The position numbers and the translations under genes are program-made. A stretch of DNA of 63,965 nt, counting the filler, from Octopus bimaculoides (Eukaryota), in NCBI RefSeq assembly GCF_001194135.2. It is 7 parts of 7 records of this genome, joined end to end, with 100 filler letters (N's around TTAATTAATTAA, not from the genome) between each part and the next. Parts side by side here need not be neighbours in the genome. Positions count along the whole stretch, not along the records: positions 1 to 15,918 come from NC_069000.1; positions 16,019 to 29,542 come from NC_068982.1; 5 more parts are not named here. One strand, 5' to 3'. The stretch's first letter is position 1, and each line of letters begins with the position of its first letter. The notes beneath the pieces are model-generated. The model was not told the DNA's origin and searched no databases. It saw only the letters and a program-made list of their open reading frames with translations. Below, in pieces: positions 12,975 through 23,367 of the stretch.

Positions 12975-14521
12975 GAGAGAGAGAGAGGGGGAGAGAGGAG
13001 AGAGAGGGGGAGACAGATAGAGAAATATTGGTTTCTCAATGATAATTATCTACTAAAGAACATCTTACCTCCGGTTATTGGGTTTCCCGCTTTTAGAAAA
13101 AATGTTGTAGTCGGAGGGAACGTTCCTAAAATTCGAAACGAAAAGCAAGTATGAATGGTGAGTTAGACACAATTATTTCTGTCTTCAGCCATCCCTTATG
13201 ATGTTACTTCTGTATTGTGTATCTAGGTTAAGAACGTCTTGCGCTACAACTTCTCTTGAACATGGTAAAATTTCGAATCCGTAGTGCAATATTATGAATT
13301 ACCCATAAGTTATATAGCATTATTGCGGATTATAATAGTAAAAACTATATCCACATACAACCCGTGCACATGTACACTTAGAAAATATAGATGCATAGAT
13401 AAGTCGATAGACACATATACCCGTATGTTCAATGAAAAGTATTGCTCCTTACCGGGTGGTGTATTGCCTAGGTGATGAACTGGTGAATACAGAAAAGACA
13501 AGTCAATCACATGGGGTATTTTATTTTTGCCTTCCGTTTCTGAACCTGTTTAAAAGATAAAACAAGAATTAAAGTAAGAAACATTTAGACAACAGTAGAT
13601 ATCACAATTAAAAAACTATTTCTTAATTATGAATAGACTGTTCAAAATGTCAGTTACTTATAGAAATTTAAAATTAATGAATTATATGGTCAAATTCTGA
13701 TTTCTAAAAAAAATGACCTTGTTACTTCGAAGTTCAAAGTATTGCTTTCAATATATACAGGGACGTTTTTACAGCTGTTCGAGACATCTTTCCAGAAGAA
13801 CAGTAACTATCTCTTCGCTTATCTATGATAATTTTGAGTAATTTTTATCGTATTACTTCTCAGCTGACCCTATTACGAACAGTGAAGCTGAATTCCTTTC
13901 TTACAAGCGTCAGATTTTTTTCTGTAAAAAAAAAAAAAAAAAAAAGTCTGGTGGACGCATATCAAACTTTAACACTTTCGTATTCTTCTCTGAATACCTT
14001 TTAAAACGTTAAGTATGACTATACAAATATTTATAATTGGTTATCACTCTGTGAAAAATTGAAATTTTACATCATTCCACTTGTGTAAGATTTAATTGCT
14101 CACTCTTTTAATGTACAGGACATATATGTTTTGGAGTACTCTAGCCCTGTCTTTATGATTGTCTCTTTTATTAAAGACTAATAATATGAAGCTTTACAAA
14201 GTATTATAAGTGGAAGTATAGCTGACGCAATGTACACCATATATTGTATTTATTATATTGTTCTTTTAAAGATCAAATTTGAAAATCTCTATGGCAAACA
14301 TAGGATCTCAACACAGAACCGAAATAAATCCAAATACTGTATTAAATCCTCTTTCTTATTACATCTGAAACAATGTTATAAATAAAGAAAAAGAAACTTT
14401 TTACTTCTTACCTGTGCAGTTGATATCCTTTATTAGAGTTGGTTTGTTGTATTTTATACACGTACACGATGTATTACGTGGGTCATTGGCGATATTGCAA
14501 CTAATATCATAGCAGGAGGGA
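344..14521 (-). CDS. Spliced heme peroxidase-like protein, predicted catalytically dead, with a C-terminal TSP1-like repeat. 5'-partial: 8 exons, about 499 aa.
   Basis: Exons 14521-14412, 13545-13453, 13125-13069, 10399-9958, 9290-9105, 6190-6030, 3395-3296 and 695-344 all have AG/GT borders and matching phases (2,1,1,1,2,2,1,2), with no stop until TAG at 344. Peroxidase landmarks occur in order: CYDI..NDP..C, IDLSFLY, EHNRL, EARKLLIGIFQHITYNEYLPMLLG, GIPTY, DIGFLPGGFLE, GPTLTKLFEEQFKKLQEGDRLYYE, QLRQIRNMTMARLLC, DCSSLPDIDF. Confidence 0.9.
1120..1495 (-). mobile_element. Two adjacent copies of a tRNA-derived SINE with a Meta-domain-like core
   Basis: Reverse complement of the recurrent core ttctgagttcaaattccgccgaggtcgactttgcctttcatcctttcggggtcgataaattaagtaccagt, which recurs more than 10 times in the window. 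Confidence 0.8.
3296..3395 (-). CDS. Peroxidase-like exon YQLRQIRNMTMARLLCRNVNGLTEVKEKAFNCS
   Basis: Borders catttcag|AC...TC|gtgagt, 100 nt, phase 1 to 2. Matches the family motif QLxEIRKxxLARIIC. Not in the ORF track. Confidence 0.92.
3860..4070 (-). mobile_element. SINE copy (same family)
   Basis: Contains aaaggatgaaaggcaaagttaacctcg...tttgcccggcgtgctaacgatt. Confidence 0.75.
4160..4370 (-). mobile_element. Decayed non-LTR retrotransposon RT fragment (R4/Dong-like)
   Basis: Frameshifted translation RRI[F]QGDSLSSLLFVISMILVSQI matches the RT motif QGDxLSPLLF. Confidence 0.7.
4385..5050 (+). mobile_element. Three tandem head-to-tail SINE copies
   Basis: Three successive heads (ggcggggagctgtcag, atggtgagctgacagaatcg, ggccagctcgcagaatcgttagc), each ending in an attatt tail. 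Confidence 0.75.
6030..6190 (-). CDS. Peroxidase-like exon GNPYDIGFLPGGFLE...GPTL...QFKKLQEGDRLYYEHDGVFES
   Basis: Borders tattccag|G...T|gtaagt, 161 nt, phase 2 to 1. Matches DIDLxxGGxxE...GPT...QFxxLxxGDRFWYE. Confidence 0.95.
7478..7760 (-). mobile_element. Tc1-like transposon 3' fragment
   Basis: Translation ALAKEWTKIPLQTIQTLYESIPCRIQAAITTIGGPHPY* is a Tc1 C-terminus, followed by the TIR-like end TA|CAGGGGTTCGACAAAGTAATGG. Confidence 0.7.
7878..7985. repeat. (AAG)n microsatellite, representative of many others
   Basis: Seen directly and explains the poly-K/L/E ORFs. Other examples: (CA)n at 6826-6882, 18227-18312 and 53763-53838; (TTC)n at 44733-44840; (TAT)n at 49182-49254; (TATC)n at 57820-57871; (TA)n at most gap edges. 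Confidence 0.95.
8195..8598 (+). mobile_element. Internally deleted Tc1/mariner element
   Basis: TA-flanked TIRs CCATTTAAAAAG / CTTTTTAAATGG. Internal N-terminal HTH remnant QKKSFCVLEYTKTESWTCVQRK. Confidence 0.65.
9105..9290 (-). CDS. Peroxidase-like exon with a degenerate DLxALNIQRGRDHGLP motif (DIVAIASQDTQFWGIP)
   Basis: Borders cttttttcag|A...GG|gttagt, 186 nt, phase 2 to 2. Gives an ungapped 16-residue alignment to the motif and ends in LLDLYG. Confidence 0.88.
9678..9875 (+). mobile_element. SINE copy
   Basis: aaggcagcgaactggcagag...ctttcatcccttcggggtcaataaattaag. Confidence 0.75.
9958..10399 (-). CDS. Large peroxidase-like exon (AADPINKNP...DEHNRL...EARK...QHITYNEYLP...)
   Basis: Borders attttatag|CT...AA|gtaagt, 442 nt, phase 1 to 2. 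Confidence 0.95.
11233..11382 (+). mobile_element. Possible Merlin/IS1595-type transposase N-terminal remnant
   Basis: DAVNYLHEKGVIPKETRCSKSKHNISKKVVRGNLYWWYTRNGCNECLSV* resembles the zinc-ribbon region. Recognised by eye only. Confidence 0.3.
12127..12688. repeat. 562-bp fold-back palindrome (MITE-like)
   Basis: Arms 12127-12407 and 12418-12688 are reverse complements along their length, with a 10-nt loop gcagaaaaga. Confidence 0.9.
13069..13125 (-). CDS. Short exon GTFPPTTTFFLKAGNPITG
   Basis: Borders gaattttag|GA...G|gtaaga, 57 nt, phase 1 to 1, open frame. Bridges the DLS exon to the AAD exon. Confidence 0.75.
13453..13545 (-). CDS. Exon GSETEGKNKIPHVIDLSFLYSPVHHLGNTPP (calcium-loop region)
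   Basis: Borders cttttaaacag|GT...G|gtaagg, 93 nt, phase 1 to 1. NKIPHVIDLSFLY aligns with NxxTSFxDxSxxY. Confidence 0.85.
14412..14521 (-). CDS. Exon PSCYDISCNIANDPRNTSCTCIKYNKPTLIKDINCT
   Basis: Borders tattttgaag|T...G|gtaaga, 110 nt, phase 2 to 1. Matches the family pattern PxCxPIxIxxxDP...C. Confidence 0.85.
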
Positions 14522-15599
14522 CTTCAAAATAGAATGGTGTCATATATTAAAATTTAACATATATCATAAAACCCAGTGTGTTCCGTCGGTCACACTAGAG
14601 ACAGAAGAGTAAAGCAACAAACGGAGTGGGAGGGAATATAGTCAAAGGCAGTAAATCAGGCAAACAGCATTCAAAAATTTTGGTCTTAAGACGTTAATAT
14701 TTTACTTAAAATAAAACTGCAAATTTTTATCGTAAATTGTATTTAGTTTATCAGGTTCACACGCAGACACACACTAACACACATACACACACACATATAT
14801 ACATATATATATATATATATTTATATAGGCGGTTCTCCAGCAAGACCACAGTCAAATGATTAGAACAAGTAAAAGAATAAAAGTAAAAGAATATATATAT
14901 TATATTTAAAGATTTAACCGGTTTCATAGTTTACACTGATTTTCAAAAATTGAAACAGAAAGACGTGGGTTATGTCACAAATGTCTTGCATCTGACAAGT
15001 GTTTGCAACTTGTTCTAATTTCACAGGGAGTACATAGCTCAAATTAATATATCTTTTATATAGGACTCTTCTTAGAAATTTTTGTAAGCTCCCCGACATG
15101 TCCGTGTGTTAATATCAAGTGACAATGTTTGGCGTCGTAAGTTAAGGCTGACACGGTTGAGTGAACATGTCTAGTGACAGTACTTAACAATCAATACTCT
15201 GAATGTTTTCTGTCAAGTGTTGTAGAGAACGAACACATGATGAAATTTAGAAACTTTTGTACACTTCCCGCTACGTTCGTGCGTTAGTGTCACGTGATGG
15301 TATACTTTGCGCCGAAAATAAATTACGACTGACACAGTAGAGTGAAAATGTCTAGTTACAATGAAAACACACACTAAATTTAATCTGCCAGGTGGGAGAG
15401 TGGACAGAGGTTGTTTGCATGTACTCCAGTGGCTAAAGTTTAGGCTATTAGTTGTGTAATTTTTTCATGTTATGTGGCAGGATGAGTTTTGTGTGTTAAT
15501 AGTCATTTGTGAAAGTTTGTTGTCTTGGTTTGTATTTTTGAATGAAAGCATTTTCTTTGTTTATCCCTCCTTCATCTGTTGTATTCACTAGACATAGGT

Positions 15600-15870
15600 A
15601 GAATAAGAAGATCTAGAAATTGGGGGATTTACTTTATGTACATATGTCTATGTGGCCACTCAGTGGAATCTTTCTAGTACCAGGGTCTCGTATCTGTTGT
15701 TGTAAATAGTTGGTTTTTTCTGAGAGTAGGCTTTCTTTGACCTATGTAAATTTTTTACTATCCTTGACATTTGACAGCGTTGATAAAATTCTTTGAAGAT
15801 TAAATAAAATGATTTTTACGATAAAAAATCTCACCTGATTTGAATTTGGATGTTGCATCTTCAATTTCGA
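15600..15870 (-). mobile_element. Penelope-like GIY-YIG endonuclease fragment, decayed
   Basis: SSKNFINAVKCQG**KIYIGQ...LR...QQIRDP pattern. Confidence 0.65.
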
Positions 15871-15882
15871 TATACATGCATA

Positions 15883-15918
<36 letters not shown>

Positions 15919-15962
15919 NNNNNNNNNNNNNNNNNNNNNNNNNNNNNNNNNNNNNNNNNNNN

Positions 15963-15974
15963 TTAATTAATTAA
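15963..15974. other. Artificial scaffold spacer TTAATTAATTAA. Also at 29587, 48987, 55959, 60252 and 62620.
   Basis: An identical 12-mer centred in N-runs six times, giving stops in all six frames. Confidence 0.95.
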
Positions 15975-16106
15975 NNNNNNNNNNNNNNNNNNNNNNNNNN
16001 NNNNNNNNNNNNNNNNNNATAGAGGGGACAAACATTTGGATTTGTATGTCCTGTGGTGCGGATGTGATGGGGCATGCGGGTACCTGTGAGCATTACGTGA
16101 GGGTGC

Positions 16107-16190
16107 GAGTGGACCTGTGTGAGTGGGCCTGTGTGAGTGGGCCTGTGTGAGTGGGCCTGTGTGAGTGGGCCTGTGTGAGTGGGCCTGTGT
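16107..16190. repeat. 14-bp minisatellite (GAGTGGGCCTGTGT) x6
   Basis: Units start at 16107, 16121, 16135, 16149, 16163 and 16177. Confidence 0.9.
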
Positions 16191-16499
16191 GAGTGTGTCT
16201 GTGGCTGTATCTGCGTGGAGGCAGTGCTGATGTGATCTGTGTATGTGTCTAGGTGGGTGAATCTTTTTGCCCTGAGGGATGTATCCGTATGTGTAGGTAT
16301 GTTTCTGTATGTGTGCATAGCTGTGTGCGTGTGTGATTGACTGACATACATACATGTGGTGGTGCCGAATATAGAGCCGAATATGTGGTGCCTTAGGAAG
16401 CCGAATAAAATTGTTTTAAATAACACACATACACACACACACACACGAAATACACACACGCACACATTTATAAATGATATTCTTTTACTGTATCATTTT

Positions 16500-16715
16500 T
16501 TTTACTTGTTGCACTCATTTGATTGTGGCCATACTGGAACACCACCTTAAACGCTTTTAGTTGAAGAAATCGAACGCAGGACTTGTTTTTTGCAAGCTTA
16601 GTACTTATCATATCGATCTCTTTTGCCGAACCGGTAAGTAACGAGGACGTAGATACACCAGCATCGGTTGTCAAGCGGTGGTGGCGGACAAAATCTGACA
16701 CAAAGACACACACAC
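16500..16715 (-). mobile_element. Second SINE family copy. Other copies lie at about 29.8-30.0, 36.9-37.1, 42.8-43.0, 46.6-46.75, 56.0-56.3 and 57.9-58.1 kb.
   Basis: Shared core gtgtttacgtccccgtaacttagcggttcggcaaaagag...gatagaataagtac...aaggcggtgctccagcatggcc. Confidence 0.75.
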
Positions 16716-16739
16716 ATAAATGTATGTGTGTGTATATAT

Positions 16740-16792
<53 letters not shown>

Positions 16793-16927
16793 GTATATAT
16801 AATTGTATCGATAATTCTTTAAAGGATACTAGCGTCCTACTCTTCTCTGGTTTACACCAGTGCTCAGTGAAAACTAAATATATTAGCTTTGCATTGGTAT
16901 ATATAAGAATTTAAAATATTTATGAAT

Positions 16928-17990
16928 GAGAAATAGAAGAAAATTTAGAAATTGACATGCAGACCTCAAAATATTTACAGATATTCATATCCATATAATG
17001 AAATTCCAGTCCTACAACCGTTTCCATATCCAATTAGTTCAATTACAGAAATTAAATTAAATTAATTTAAACTTTTATGTTGTAACTGGTTAATTGAGTA
17101 TTTCATCAGGGAAGAATTTTCTAAAGGCCAGTTACATATCAACGTGTTGACTGACCTGCGACAGACTCAGATGTTTGCGTTTTAGAATGAGTGCGTTGTT
17201 TAAAAAAAAACAAACGTTATTTTCATACATATACACATAAAAACAAATACGTTTGATATATTTGTGCACGTGCGTATGTAATATATGATGGTTTTTATAA
17301 GTGGTGGTGTGATAGGGAGAGAGATATAGGGAGAGGGAGAGGGTGAGATTAAAGCGAGTGAGGGAGAGGGTGGTAACATTCATAAAGTAGTGCATGCGTT
17401 TGGTAAAATACTGAAGACAAAAAAAAATATAAACTGCTAGTTAATTACCATATAACGGTGTTTCAAAAACTAGATATGATTAGGTTCTATTTATAGATGA
17501 TTTATATTGAAACTAAGTACACTAAAGTTGTAATTACTATTAAGATAATAGGTTTTATCTCAAATTTAGTTTTATTAATTATTACAAGAATTTCAACGAT
17601 ATATTTATGAGAATATATTGTAAAATACCAATACATTGCAACGTATGGATGACATAACGTCCATCTGCACCATTTAATTAAAATATCATATTATATTATA
17701 TATATATATTTTTCATTACTATTACAACTACTAATCATAATTTAACGCTGATCATCAATGATTAATTATATATTTAATGGTAGATTTTAAGAGTCGATTT
17801 ACATGCGTGAACACATGGTAAACCAGTTTCAATATGAAAATTTAAATCAAATGAAATTATCTTAGTTTAATTTCTGTAACTGAACTAATTGGATATGGAA
17901 ACGGCTGTAGGACTGAAATTTCATTATTTGGATTTGAATATCTTTAAGTCAACTAATGTCTGCATGTCAATTTCTCACTTTTCTTCTGTT

Positions 17991-17994
<4 letters not shown>
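16928..17994. repeat. Inverted repeat with arms of about 165 bp (16928-17091 and 17821-17994)
   Basis: For example, attgacatgcagac and ccgtttccatatccaattagttca occur on opposite strands. Confidence 0.85.
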
Positions 17995-18026
<32 letters not shown>

Positions 18027-18224
18027 ACACACACATATATATATAGTTCATAGATGAGAATCAGATATTCTCCGTATAGAGTACACCTAGAAGTGCTCAG
18101 CAGGTTCTATTCTGTCTAAGTCGGACCTTTTTGTATCTAAGCATATATACTTTTTTGTATTCAATGTATTAAATATTATTCTTATATCGACCTGTCTAAA
18201 TTGCACTTACTTCCCTATATATAT

Positions 18225-18316
<92 letters not shown>

Positions 18317-18909
18317 ACTCACACACACACACATATCTGGGATGGGAATATATGTCTGTGGGTGTGTCTGTGAAGTTGTTAGTTAACTCTTCTTACATTG
18401 TTTTCTTCACTTTGATGAAACTTGACACGTGAGTACACGCTTACGTTAAAAACAATTTTAAAATGACTTTTTTCTGTCAAAACGCTAAAAATAACTGACA
18501 AACAAAAAAAAAAACATTCAACCAAATCAAAAAATAAACCCAAATACTAAGCGAACAAAGATGAACCATCCCACTTCCATTGCGCGCACACGCACACATA
18601 CACACACGCACAAACAAATACTCCTCCTTTTACATAAACACACATATATTCACACAAAGTTGAAACGCTGTTTGATTTATTTTTTCAGCGTACAATTTTC
18701 ATCATCCCACTACCAAGTATGACATCACCTCTTCCTTTCTTATTCATAAACACAAGAGTATTATTATAGTAGATTATCTCGGTAACCATGAGAGCTATGA
18801 AAAAAATATGACATCACCTCTTCGTATAGTATGTACTTTGACTGCAGTATTAGAACGTTTAGCTCTTATATCTAGCAATGTAGGTGTTTATAACACCCTC
18901 AGTCTTTCT

Positions 18910-18967
<58 letters not shown>

Positions 18968-19399
18968 GGGAGTGTGTGAGTGATTAAGACGCATAAAGTT
19001 ATGTCGAATACCAAACAAGATAAATTGTTGCTTAATTGCAAACTGGAATTATATTGTGTTACAGAGAAATATATACAAATATATTGTGACGATTGCAATC
19101 ATCGCGAAATGAGAAGCGTAATATTATCTCAAGACTGAAGATGTCATAAACTGTCATGCCATACAGGAAAAAGGCAGTCTGATTGTCTACAGACACGAGT
19201 CCTGTTGTGTTTCTGTCTCATTAAACATCATCTACGCAGTAGTTGTGGTACCTTGAATCCAGCTGACAAGATACTTAGACATATCCAAAATAGAAAATAC
19301 AGAGAAAAGCAAGATTCTTTTTCACAATGACAGAAGTATAAAAAAAAAGAGGTAAAAAAATGCAACAGTTCATAAGAAGATTTATTTACGTTAGCTTAA

Positions 19400-19960
19400 A
19401 CAGTTTCAGAATTTCCTGATATTCCACTTTGAGAACTTGGTCAGGATGCTATTGATAGCAACGTTATCTAAGAACTGCTGGACAGATACAAAAAAAAATC
19501 TCTTGCAAGGATCTCCTTTTCCAGTGGGAGGCATGAATGGTGTCTCACTTTTGTCCTTCGTGTGGAGATTGTCATGTGAGAGCCTCACATTGTCTGGACA
19601 ATCAATTGGACATGACGGAAGTGCGCAAGCATAATGCCTAACTATTAATCGTACCCTTGCGCACACCCCTTCCTCATCGACTCTGCTCCCTGTTGCCCGA
19701 GCTCAGCAATTCCCGTTGTTTGGTTCTTCCTTACGTCTTCTCAGACCTGCATCGGAATGAACTGATGCATCTCCTTAAAATGAGTTTTGACAACCTTAGT
19801 CGTTGTAAAGTATCCTAAGCTTGCTCTGTCAGTTGCCATCATGTACACCAGTTGCAGGTTAAGGCTGTTTCTTCGCAATCATGTGGTCTCTGTTTCATTT
19901 CTATTATGCTGCACCTCAGAAAAGTGTCTTGTAGTATAGCTCTGGCCCTACCAGGGACTT
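19400..19960 (-). mobile_element. Decayed R2/NeSL(HERO)-like LINE 3' fragment
   Basis: Frameshifted pieces RASLGYF, GQQGA, DNLHTKDKSETP and DQVLK fall in the order expected before the zinc knuckle/REL domain. Confidence 0.55.
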
Positions 19961-21682
19961 GTGACTGAAATTGATTGACGGAAACAGTGCGGAAGTCTGT
20001 CGTATATGTGTCTGTGTGTTATTTTTTATATGTGTCTGTGTGTTATTTTTTATATGTGTCTGTGTGTATGTGCATTTGCGTAAGTATGCACTGTGTATAC
20101 ACGTGCACTCACAGAAACTGTGTCTGTGCCTGGTCTTTTTTTCTTTCTCTCTTTCTCTCTCCTACGCACATTCACAGATAAAACTTTATGAGGTTGGGTT
20201 TCAAAGCATTGCCAATATACCATTTTAGTTTTTGTATGAGAAAATTGAATGTGAAGAAAGATCTACTTTGTTGTATTAAAATAAAATGCATTATTTTTGG
20301 AAGTTGATAATAATCACATGTTACGTAAAAATATTTTAATAAAAGACATGAAAGCAATTGCTGACATTCACATTGTCTCAATGATAATTCTTCACATAGA
20401 ATAATAAACGTTTTAAGCTATATTTATAATAAAATATTAAATATTTTCTGACTCGCCTGAAATAATATTCACCCAACAATTCAATAGTTTTAAGACAATA
20501 AATACACTTTAAACCATTGTGAAAGGCATTTAGTTGATTCAATAGGCTGACATATATTAAAAACTAATTCCAATAAAAATAAATGAAATTATATGAATAG
20601 TAAAAACTTTTCAATGTTTGAGACGATGTAACCTGTGAAGTGTTGTATAAGCCTCAGTTAGGTCAACAATATGAACAAATATGAAAAGAAACTTTCTCGT
20701 GCAGCAAACATTATTCAGCTGACAAACTAGACTATGCTAACATATATACATACGCGTATATAGTATTTATGTACGTGTGCGTGTACGTGTGTGTGTAAAT
20801 GTGTGCGTATGTTTAGAAGTTTATGAAGAACTGATAATTATGTCTGGAGACTGATGACCTGTTAAAGAATACATATTCCACAAATTAGATTAGAATGGTC
20901 ATGCTGACTGATCTTCGCTATGGTATTCAACTTGGAAAATACGCAATTGGTTCTGAATGTTTCTACAAAACATGATGTAGCTAGTCGTTTATCTTGCAAA
21001 ACTTTATACTCAACACTTTCATATACATTTGAATTAATAATCTTAACTTTGAATTTTTTAAGTCTACAACATCTACCAGCGAAGCTAGCTGGAAAATTAT
21101 TAATATAGTACAAAGTTTAATTATACATAAAAACAGGAAGAAGATTAACCATTAAATGCACAAATAAAGAGAATTTAAAACGTCAGTAAAAAAAAATGAC
21201 GTCCAGTGAAGTCAATATCCTGGATGTAAATTTAACAATATGAAAGTTGCCTTCTTCTCCGGAATTCAGCATAAAAGTGGTTTTAATGTTCTTTGCGTTT
21301 GTGAGACGTCGTTGAGCTGGAGACAGTGGGTTCGAATATATCTTTTGGATTTAGCCAACGCAATTTGGTTCAATTAAAAACTAATGAACTATTAGTATGT
21401 TGATAAAGTATGTCCTAGATTTCAGTTATGGGATGCGTCAATTCAGTTAACAAAATAGAAATACAAACATACAGATCTTATCTTTGTGTTTTAAATGAGG
21501 ACAACAATTGAAGGTTATTTTATGGACGCCATAACTTCTCTAACTTCTAGCTGAGGCCTAGATGGAGCAAGAGAACAAAAATAGTATAATACGCCCAAGA
21601 TGTAATATGTTTTGTGTCCTATATCTCCAGACGTCTGTAAATTCTAAAATGAAATTAAATTCAAGCCTCGTACAAACTGATA

Positions 21683-22380
21683 TTATTATTATTATTATTA
21701 TTGGTGAATTGACTCAGGTTCATTCTTATTCCTGGTAGAATTTATGTGGGTAACTGGTTACTTCTTGTAACCTTAGGTATTCACAAGCTTTCAATAGTCT
21801 TTCAAGTGCTTAAAACCCCTCTGACAATCTTTCCCGTCCCTAAGAGGCAACCTTTCTGTAGAAGCTCTACAGAACATTCTATTCTAACCTCTTTCAACCA
21901 TTTCTTTATATCTTTCCGTACAGTTCCTAATGCATCAATTATTACAGGCAAAACCTTTACAGTTTCCATTCTCCAAATTCTTGCAATTTCATATTTTAAA
22001 GGATTGTACTGTTTAAATTTTTCATCCTCTTTCTTTACAATCCTGGAGTCAAATGGACATGATGGATCAATAAGCAAGCAACTTCACTTTCCCTTGTCAA
22101 ATATTGTTGTGTCTGGTCTATTATTTTCTAACCTCTTATTCATTTGAATAGGAAAATCCCATAGAATTTTGCATTTCTCCGACACCAGCACTCTTTCAAC
22201 CCAATGATCATACCATGTACCTCCAGCCTAAAATCCCCGCTTCTGACAAACTTCCAGCGTTTAATGTTCACAACTTGGTCATCCCTCCATTTCTTATATT
22301 CTCCCTGTATCAACTTATGACATTCTGCAACATTGTGTGCCACTTTCTCATTCCAAATTCCAAATTATTATTATTGAAGA
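21683..22380 (-). mobile_element. 5'-truncated R4/Dong-clade LINE: REL endonuclease end, 3' UTR and (TAA)n tail
   Basis: ORF LIDPSCPFDSRIVKKEDEK...EIARIW...PVIIDALG...LQKGCLLGTGKIVRGVL*, with an upstream HNVA (RHD/N motif) remnant. Ends in (TAA)n at 21683-21701. Confidence 0.85.
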
Positions 22381-22649
22381 CTGATGATGTCGTTCTGTCA
22401 AAGTGAGAACGCAGGATCTTCTCGTTCAAACCTTTGAATTTGAATTTCTATGAATCACTTTTCATTCTGAATTCGATAAAGACAGACAAGCTGTTCAAAA
22501 ATAGCGTTCAAACCAGTAAAGTATTTATTGCAATCGCATCGCTTTCTTCGTATTGTCTATTCACCTTTGTGAGGAGTTACGTCAATCCTTTAAAAATATC
22601 ATCATCATAATTATTATTACTGTTATTATTATTATTACTACTTTTAATC

Positions 22650-23366
22650 TGCATGTTTGTTACAGTCACTTCCCGAGACACACCTAGTGTCTTGGGGTAT
22701 GTGAAGGATAAGAGATGTTACAGTATGACTAAAAGCTTGCGGAGGGGAAGTAGGGAAGCATCTTCATGTAATACAACACAGACATTATTATTGAATGAGA
22801 GAGCAGTGCATGCCATCAAAGTGACACTAGGGTAAAATAGACGAAGCCCAGTTTACCCATCATGACTACCCGTCTGATAAGGGTACACCAGGCACATGCA
22901 TCACAACCATATGTGCGAGACACGGTGATCTCATATCAAGGTAAACAGCGCATGACATTACAGGTAAGGTCCTGTTAGAATTTTCTTCAGGTCGAGTAGC
23001 CCATCCTGCTCAAAAGGTCCCTAAATAAGGTTTGTTTAAGGATGGTGAACAAAACACCCATGTTTCCAAAGGTAAATTATCCAAACTCCAAAAAATTCCT
23101 TTCAACACATGGTTATGATGCTCCCCCACTACTTCTGCTCATGATCAGAGATGCACATATCAGCCACCAAGGGACATGCTCAACTGGTTGAAGTCAAACA
23201 ACTGACAAGCAAATCTATGGTATTGAGCAGAATATTTGCTGTAACCCATCTTTTATACCAAGACAAAACAATGTACATGATAACACTTCCAATCAGTTAA
23301 GACCAAAAGACATGAAAGCCACTGCCTGGTACTGCAACAGGGTATTTATTATTATTATTATTATTA
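22650..23366 (+). mobile_element. Non-coding interspersed repeat of about 700 bp ending in (TTA)n. A partial second copy lies at 49043-49254.
   Basis: About 140 bp (gtcaaacaactgacaagcaaatct...aacacttccaatca) are shared between 23190-23320 and 49050-49170, and both run into ATT repeats. Confidence 0.7.
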
Positions 23367-23367
23367 A

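Noticed and set aside
16107-16190. Repeat arrays as possible CRISPR
   Set aside because: The units are contiguous with no unique spacers, there are no cas genes, and the context is eukaryotic.
18993-19140. Plus-strand LELYC...CDDCNH resembling a B-box
   Set aside because: Key Cys/His ligands are missing, the frame is short, and there is no splice support.
20670-20720. LNNVCCTR as the missing CC exon between WGQ and PSC
   Set aside because: Both the acceptor and the donor (GTTTCT) are too weak to support it.
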